Shown: positions 27,180 to 32,000 of the stretch, piece by piece
How positions within the stretch are numbered: position 1 is the stretch's first letter
How the letters are laid out: each line of letters starts with the position of its first letter
Assembly: GCF_000025665.1 (NCBI RefSeq)
Contig: NC_013926.1
Span: 1,290,001-1,322,000, forward strand
Length of the DNA: 32,000 nucleotides
Reading direction: 5' to 3'
DNA from: Aciduliprofundum boonei T469
GTDB taxonomy: Archaea; Thermoplasmatota; Thermoplasmata; Thermoplasmatales; Aciduliprofundaceae
Notes under the pieces: generated by a model
Seen by the model: the letters and a program-made list of their open reading frames with translations, nothing else
What the model was told of the DNA's origin: nothing
The model's database searches: none
Translations under genes and position numbers: made by a program

Positions 27180-28134
27180 GGGTAAGTTGAATTCCTCGAA
27201 AAACATGAAAAAAGGAGAATAAAAATAAGGAAGGATTAGACATAGAGATCATAAGCCAGAACTTTAAATAGGAGGAGTTTAGAAGCAACAGAGAAAGAAT
27301 GGGAGAATATGTAATCGCCAACAATTCTTTTGAATGAGTGGAACACAGATTGGGGGTTTAGAAAGGGGGCTCTGCCCCCTTCTTGCGAATACTTCTTTTT
27401 CCAGTCAGGAGATTTGCTCTTTTCTAACAATCTCCTTCGCAATCCTCTTCTTGCTTTATTACGGATTGCTATGTATGGAGTTCCTCCTTTATTCAGAACA
27501 AATCGTATGTTACGTAGAGAATCATAGCCTTTATCTGCATACACTTCTTTTACTCTCTCTTCCTCCAAAAGAGGAATGAGGTACGGTGAATCGTTAGTGT
27601 GCCATTTTGTAACTATTGCATTGGTAATGAGCTTTGTATCGATATCCACAGCAGCATGCAATTTCAGACCTTCTCTTATTTTTCCTACTTCTCCGATTCG
27701 CTGTGTGTAGTAATATGAGCGGTAAGAAATCTGAATACCTGTGGAATCCACTGCAAATTTGCTGGGTATTCCTAAGGCTCTTATTATCTCTCTAAGTACT
27801 ATGCGAATCCATAGTTCTGGTATTCTTCTCAACTCTCTTGAAATTGTGCTTTTATGTGGGATTTTCTTCAATCTCATTACCCTCTTTATCTTTCTCATTT
27901 CTCGCACAATCTGGAGCATTCTTTCTATGCTTCCTGCATACTGCGCCAGCACTATCAGCATGATGTGCTGGTGCAGAGTGTAGTCCTTCCTTGAAAATCT
28001 GCTCCAGTAAAGTGGAATTTTAGTTCTCTTTAGCGCTTTTAACCCTATCTTCACAACTTTGTAAAGATTAAATTTCCTGCTCATCCTTTATTTATATCCC
28101 CTATTTTATTTTTCTCTAGGGTTGCAACTCACCC
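27180..28134 (-). mobile_element. Insertion sequence, 955 bp, IS5-family-like (the size and 8-bp duplication fit the ISH1-type subgroup as I recall it)
   Basis: Imperfect terminal inverted repeats: GGGTAAGTTGAATTCCTCGAAAAACAT (27180..27206) against the reverse complement of 28108..28134, GGGTGAGTTGCAACCCTAGAGAAAAAT. They match at 9/10 positions at the tips and about 20/27 overall. The element has a single DDE transposase ORF, is flanked by an exact 8-bp direct repeat, and interrupts an ORF. Confidence 0.85.
27236..28084 (-). CDS. DDE transposase (IS4/IS5 superfamily, DDE_Tnp_1-like)
   Basis: 282 aa. It has FAVDSTGIQ (first Asp region), VYADKGYDS (second Asp region) and a C-terminal ..SVFHSFKRIVGDYI.. 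block resembling the Y-x2-R-x3-E-x6-K region. Gln sits where I expect the catalytic Glu. Confidence 0.85.
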   Translation of the reverse strand: MSRKFNLYKVVKIGLKALKRTKIPLYWSRFSRKDYTLHQHIMLIVLAQYAGSIERMLQIVREMRKIKRVMRLKKIPHKSTISRELRRIPELWIRIVLREIIRALGIPSKFAVDSTGIQISYRSYYYTQRIGEVGKIREGLKLHAAVDIDTKLITNAIVTKWHTNDSPYLIPLLEEERVKEVYADKGYDSLRNIRFVLNKGGTPYIAIRNKARRGLRRRLLEKSKSPDWKKKYSQEGGRAPFLNPQSVFHSFKRIVGDYIFSHSFSVASKLLLFKVLAYDLYV

Positions 28135-28420
28135 TCTTTTCCAAAATTCTTTTTATTCTCATTCCCCTCTTTGCGAGATCTTGCATAGCCGGAATCTTTA
28201 AGCTCAGAGCCCCATATTTTCGCAGGTAAATGTCCACTCTTCTATCTTCCAAACTCATCGGGGCATCTATTGCTATTATGCTTGGCTCATGCTCAACAAT
28301 TTTTCCAATAATTTCATCATCACTGTGAAGACTATATACTCCTATCCTTCTATCCTCAATAATTGCAACTCCAGTTATGTTTTTCTCCCTAGCCGCAAGG
28401 TCTATTCCTGCAAATATCAT
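28106..28420 (-). pseudogene. 5' fragment of the IS-disrupted RNase-H-fold nuclease gene (native sequence 28143..28420; the last 9 codons are read from the IS terminal repeat)
   Basis: MIFAGIDLAAREKNITGVAII....PSIIAIDAPMSL shows the GIDLA / IDAP acidic motifs of DUF429/RuvC-like RNase-H-fold proteins. After ...KRILEK (EK is encoded by the duplicated target 8-mer) the frame runs into the IS terminal repeat (RVSCNPREK*). The ATGA start overlaps the upstream membrane-protein gene. Confidence 0.8.
28135..28142. repeat. Target-site duplication, right copy (TCTTTTCC)
   Basis: Identical to 27172..27179 and immediately outside the IS terminal repeat. Confidence 0.85.
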
Positions 28421-29328
28421 AGAAATGCTATTGAATGCTCATTATTTATTCTTTTTTTCTTTATCGCTATTTCCTTCTTTGTATCCATTGGATGTACCAC
28501 AAATTTGCTATTTCCCTCATCTCTAAATTCCCTTATCTTCTTTCTCTTCGTTCTCCTCCTCTTCGGCTTTGACGGGTGTATGGGCATGGGCTCATCCCTT
28601 TGATACCCTTCCATTGCATCTTCTTTGTGCTGTGGTTGCATAGATTGCATATAATAACCCTGGGGGGCTTGTGTCTGAGTATGCTGCCCGTAATATCCCT
28701 GCTGCATCTGAGGACTTGGATAAGCGTTATACGGCTGCATGTATGGAGATGGCTGATTTTGTAATCCATACATCTGTGGATTCGGCTGCTGGGCATATTC
28801 AGGATAAGGGTTGTATGGCACAGGTGCTTTTCTTGAAACTATTTCTTCCTCCTCTTTGGGCTCTTCCTTTACCTTCTCTTTTCTCTCAGGATATATCCCC
28901 TTCTCAAGTATTATTTGCCTGCTAACAGCCCCTCCAATAAAGGCAAAGGAGAGCATGATAAAAAATGAGGGAGGTGCATAGTAAAGGTAATTCTCTATAT
29001 GCATTCCAATATTAGTTGCCATATTGATCGTGTTTTCAAAATAATTTGCGAATGGAAGTGCGGCCGTGGCAGTTAATATTGTACCATGGATGTAAGAATT
29101 GAAATTTTGGGGTATGTGTATCAACCCTGCTTGTATAGCTTGCAGAAGCATTAAATAAAGGAAAATTGGAACCGCCATTGCAAACAGGCCCTTTAAGGGT
29201 CCCCCCGATTTCCTCCCCGTAATGTAGCCTATTATTATGGGTCCGAGAACAGGAATCCACCACAGAGTAATGAGAAGAACACTCGAATATATTACGGCTT
29301 CACTAAAGCTATAAGGATATTTACCCAT
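28417..29328 (-). CDS. Membrane protein with a cytoplasmic P/Q/Y/M-rich low-complexity region and a polybasic C-terminal tail, unknown function
   Basis: The track ORF starts with a TTG at 29358. The ATG at 29328 (MGKYPYSF...) is preceded by a GGTGAT SD; the ATG at 29340 is also possible. There are about 4-5 TM segments in the first ~160 aa. These are followed by an E/K linker, a ~75-aa Q/P/Y/M tract, and KPKRRRTKRKKIREF...KKKR. Confidence 0.75.
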   Translation of the reverse strand: MGKYPYSFSEAVIYSSVLLITLWWIPVLGPIIIGYITGRKSGGPLKGLFAMAVPIFLYLMLLQAIQAGLIHIPQNFNSYIHGTILTATAALPFANYFENTINMATNIGMHIENYLYYAPPSFFIMLSFAFIGGAVSRQIILEKGIYPERKEKVKEEPKEEEEIVSRKAPVPYNPYPEYAQQPNPQMYGLQNQPSPYMQPYNAYPSPQMQQGYYGQHTQTQAPQGYYMQSMQPQHKEDAMEGYQRDEPMPIHPSKPKRRRTKRKKIREFRDEGNSKFVVHPMDTKKEIAIKKKRINNEHSIAFL

Positions 29329-29372
29329 TTTAATCACCATCTGACCATTGTCAGACAATAATATGACATAAA

Positions 29373-29450
29373 AGTATTTAAAGCTTTTGTGTAAAATTAC
29401 AAAAAATAAATGCTCTCGGGGAAAACAAATAAAAGAAAGGTTTAAATACT
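29373..29450. promoter_or_regulatory. Divergent promoter pair: inverted 10-mers AGTATTTAAA (29373..29382) and TTTAAATACT (29441..29450)
   Basis: Identical TTTAAATACT TATA-type boxes face outward, one toward the membrane-protein gene (minus) and one toward smc (plus). Each is followed within about 10-50 nt by TGACA/TGTCA motifs. Confidence 0.5.
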
Positions 29451-29526
29451 ATGAATATGTTATCTGTCATGGTGCTGACATGTGACATTATCATGTCAGA
29501 CATAATGTATGCCAGAAGGTGATGGG

Positions 29527-32000
29527 ATGTATCTTAAAGCCATTGAGCTTGAAAATTTCAAATCTTTCGGAAGGAAGACCAGATTAGAATTTAAAGAGGG
29601 GTTTACAGCAATTAGCGGTCCAAATGGAAGTGGAAAGAGCAATATAACAGATGCAATTCTCTTCGTTTTGGGTCCAAAATCTTCAAAGAAGATAAGGGCT
29701 CAGAGATTAACTGATTTAATTTACAACGGAGGTAAGAATGGCAGACCTGCGGATTATTGCCGTGTTAGTTTGATTTTTGATAATAGAGACCGAGTATTAC
29801 CCTTGGATGAGGATGAAGTAAAACTTACGAGATATATAAAGAGAGCAAACAACGAGCTTGGCTACAACAGCTATTTTTACATAAATGATGAGCAGGCGAG
29901 GTTGCAAGATTTTAATTCAATTCTCATTCATGCTAAGATTGAGGCAGATGGCTACAACTTTGTGCAGCAGGGAGATGTTACTCGCATAGTTGAGATGACT
30001 CCTGTTGAGCGCAGAACAATATTGGATGATATTGCAGGCATAACAAAATTCGATAATGAGATAAAGAAAGCTGAAGATAAGAAGAAGATAACGGAGGAAA
30101 ACATGGGGAGAATCGAGGCAAGACTTGATGAGATTAAGAGGAATATGGAAAAACTAGAAAAGGATAGAATGGACGCTCTCAAGTACAAGGAATTGGAGGA
30201 GGAGCTAAAGGAGATAAAGGCGAAAATAGCATATTTGAATATGAAAAAAGCGGAGAATTCCATTGAATCTTACAATTCTCAACTTAGAGAGCTCCAAAGT
30301 GCCATAGATTCTCTTCGAGAAGAGATAGAAAAAAGGAGAAGCGAGGAAGAAGAGATAAAGAAGAAAATTGAAGAAGTGGATGCCAAGATCCGTTCCATGG
30401 GCAGTGGAGAGATCGTGGAGATGAAAAATAAAATTGAAGAGCTCAAGATAAAATATGCTGAAGAGAAGATGAAGAAGGAAAACAAGGAAGACAGAATTCA
30501 AGAGTACAAAGAGAGAATAAAAGATTGGAACGAGCAGCTCTCTCAGATAAGGCAGGAGTTAAAGGATAAGGAGGAAGAACTTAGATCTCTAAAAGAGAGG
30601 AGAGATGCCATAAGAAAAGAGTATGAAGACAGAGCCAAGGAATTGGAGAACAAAGAGAGAAATTTGGGGAGTGCAAACGAGAAATTTAGAGAGTTGCAGA
30701 GGAGAGCACTAGAAATTCAGGAAGAACTCAAAAAGCTCAGGAACGAGTATGCCACGAAAGTTGAAGAGGAGAACAAGGTTTTGGGCAATATAAGTAGAAT
30801 TAAGGGAGACATTGCTGCAAAGGAAGAGAGTATGAAGGATATAGAAGCAGCCATAAAAGATGCAGAGTGGAGAATTTCCCAGTTTAAGAATGAGAACAAG
30901 GATGTAGAGAAGAAAAAGAAAGCTTTAGAAAGCAGGTACTATGAACTTAGAAACGAGGAAACAAAATTGTCCAAGGAATTAAAGAAGAAAGATAATGAAG
31001 TTAAAGAATTAAGCATCGAGTATGAGAAAATCAAAGCTAGGATGGAGAGCAGTCAAGATGCCCTTAGCAGGGCAGTTATGGCAGTTTTAGCCGCTAGAGA
31101 TAGGGGGGAGTTGAGAGGCATATATGGAACGATCTCCGAGCTTGGAAATGTTGATGATAAATACGCATTGGCCATAGAGGTGGCTGCAGGAAACAGAATG
31201 ATGAGCATAGTGTGTGAGGATGATGAATCTGCAGCCAAGGCCATAGAATTCTTAAAGAGACATAAATTGGGCAGAGCCATATTCTTGCCATTAAACAAGA
31301 TGCTTCGTGGAAGACCGAGGGGAAAGGCAATTCTCGCTTCCAGAGATCCCCATGCCATAGGTTTTGCCATGGACTTAATAAAATTTGATCCCAAGTTTGA
31401 GGCTGCCTTCTGGTATGTCTTCGGAGACACTGTTATTGTGGATACTTTAGACAATGCCAGAAAACTCATGGGCGGTGTTCGCCTGGTCACTTTAGATGGT
31501 CAGCTCATAGAGGCCAGTGGAGCCATGGTTGGCGGCTCTGTTGAGCGTAAGAAGAAGGTGAGCATGGGTAACCTTGATGAGATCGGTAGAAAATTGAGGG
31601 AAGCTAGAGAGGAGCGGGAAAATATTGAAATGAGATTAAATGCCATAAGGGACGAGTTGGATAGGCTCATTGAAGAGATAAGGAACATAAAGACTCAGGA
31701 TAATTCTGCTCAACTCTCAGTCTGGCTCGAAGAGAAGAAGAAAAATCAGGAGAAATTAAAAGATATAAAGAAACAGATTGAGGAATTAGAGAAGGAAAAA
31801 AGAAATTATGAAGAGTTGAGAGAAAGCGTAAGAAATGAGATTGAGAAGATAAAGTCCAAGATTGAAGATATGGAAAAGGAAGATGCAAATCTCAGGAATA
31901 GAATGAACAATCTCATTCCTGAAAAGTTATCCAATGAGATAAAAGAGCTTCGCAACATGGTTGATTCTCTCAGAAGTAATCTGCAAAATGTTGAGAAGGA
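29527..32000 (+). CDS. smc: Chromosome segregation ATPase SMC (N-terminal head, coiled coil, hinge, start of return coil); 3' end outside the window
   Basis: This ORF is absent from the track because it does not terminate in the window. Manual translation from the ATG at 29527 (SD AGGTGAT at 29516..29522) gives MYLKAIELENFKSFG...ISGPNGSGKSNITDAILFVLG (Walker A), then long K/E coiled coil, then a hinge around 31080..31520 (GIYGTISELGNVDDKYALAIEVAAGNRM...LGRAIFLPLNKM...GGVRLVTLDGQLIEASGAMVGG). The frame stays open to nt 32000. Confidence 0.93.
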   Translation, partial: MYLKAIELENFKSFGRKTRLEFKEGFTAISGPNGSGKSNITDAILFVLGPKSSKKIRAQRLTDLIYNGGKNGRPADYCRVSLIFDNRDRVLPLDEDEVKLTRYIKRANNELGYNSYFYINDEQARLQDFNSILIHAKIEADGYNFVQQGDVTRIVEMTPVERRTILDDIAGITKFDNEIKKAEDKKKITEENMGRIEARLDEIKRNMEKLEKDRMDALKYKELEEELKEIKAKIAYLNMKKAENSIESYNSQLRELQSAIDSLREEIEKRRSEEEEIKKKIEEVDAKIRSMGSGEIVEMKNKIEELKIKYAEEKMKKENKEDRIQEYKERIKDWNEQLSQIRQELKDKEEELRSLKERRDAIRKEYEDRAKELENKERNLGSANEKFRELQRRALEIQEELKKLRNEYATKVEEENKVLGNISRIKGDIAAKEESMKDIEAAIKDAEWRISQFKNENKDVEKKKKALESRYYELRNEETKLSKELKKKDNEVKELSIEYEKIKARMESSQDALSRAVMAVLAARDRGELRGIYGTISELGNVDDKYALAIEVAAGNRMMSIVCEDDESAAKAIEFLKRHKLGRAIFLPLNKMLRGRPRGKAILASRDPHAIGFAMDLIKFDPKFEAAFWYVFGDTVIVDTLDNARKLMGGVRLVTLDGQLIEASGAMVGGSVERKKKVSMGNLDEIGRKLREAREERENIEMRLNAIRDELDRLIEEIRNIKTQDNSAQLSVWLEEKKKNQEKLKDIKKQIEELEKEKRNYEELRESVRNEIEKIKSKIEDMEKEDANLRNRMNNLIPEKLSNEIKELRNMVDSLRSNLQNVEK

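Noticed and set aside
29952-31888. A series of minus-strand ORFs (103, 98, 68, 60, 145, 78, 62 and 73 aa) across the right end of the window.
   Set aside because: All lie antisense to the long open smc frame, which the track omitted because it has no stop in the window. Their products are S/F/L-rich, as is typical of antisense translation of coiled-coil genes.
29527-32000. The SMC-like gene next to an IS and a nuclease as part of a defence system (Wadjet/Lamassu-type SMC).
   Set aside because: The sequence has the canonical SMC head (FKSFG, GPNGSGKSN) and a typical SMC hinge with the G-rich dimerisation motif. The length and layout fit the housekeeping condensin. No JetA/B/D- or LmuA-like partners are visible.
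1-32000. CRISPR arrays, tRNA/rRNA genes, and MITE copies of the IS terminal repeats elsewhere in the window.
   Set aside because: Visual scanning of all intergenic regions found nothing. The largest are 8444..8578, 9683..9879, 12668..12834 and 29359..29526. None has regularly spaced repeats, a GC-rich cloverleaf-capable segment, or a second copy of the GGGTAAGTTG terminus. A computational repeat or tRNA scan would be needed to be definitive.

Overview
This is an AT-rich, very compact archaeal chromosomal segment. The evidence for an archaeal origin:
- GGTGAT/AGGTGA Shine-Dalgarno motifs and TTTAAATA-type TATA boxes.
- An archaeal-type ribosomal protein S15.
- An archaeal phosphopantothenate synthetase.
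- A COG1340 coiled-coil protein and a RecJ/GAN-like DHH protein.

The gene content and protein style resemble a thermophilic euryarchaeon of the Thermoplasmata/Aciduliprofundum type. I cannot verify that here.

About 38 genes are present, mostly housekeeping or central metabolism. In window order:
- An AOR C-terminus (gene truncated by the window edge) followed by a GABA-type aminotransferase.
- pdxS plus a small coupled ORF.
- grpE-dnaK-[ChrB-C-domain ORF]-dnaJ.
- A membrane protein / wHTH regulator pair.
- An ArsB/NhaD-type permease.
- A class II aldolase.
- A COG1340 coiled-coil protein coupled to a UPF0282 MBL hydrolase.
- An 8-gene cluster for methylmalonyl-CoA mutase (split), MeaB, epimerase and a Na+-pumping methylmalonyl-CoA decarboxylase.
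- A nikR-led ECF metal transporter (cbiM/N/Q/O-type).
- A metallophosphoesterase.
- A coiled-coil zinc-ribbon protein.
- Phosphopantothenate synthetase, a RecJ-like protein and S15.
- An IS-disrupted RNase-H-fold nuclease gene coupled to an unusual membrane protein.
- The 5' two-thirds of smc, which is open at the window end and therefore missing from the ORF track.

No rRNA, tRNA or CRISPR was seen.

The most notable observations:
1. A 955-bp IS with imperfect terminal inverted repeats and an exact 8-bp target duplication. Removing it in silico restores a 171-codon nuclease ORF.
2. A membrane protein with a P/Q/Y/M-rich prion-like tract and a polybasic tail, translationally coupled to that nuclease.
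3. An OadG/MmdD-like decarboxylase subunit carrying an extra ~150-aa secreted, sequon-rich N-terminal domain.
4. A GTGTTAC-N14-GTGATAC element directly upstream of the transporter M gene. This argues for a NikR-controlled nickel transporter rather than a cobalt one.
5. A ChrB-C-domain gene embedded in the dnaK operon.
6. A mirrored pair of TTTAAATACT promoters with a dense TGACA/TGTCA motif array upstream of smc.

No recognisable defence system is present. The candidates for undescribed biology are small coupled gene pairs of unknown function.
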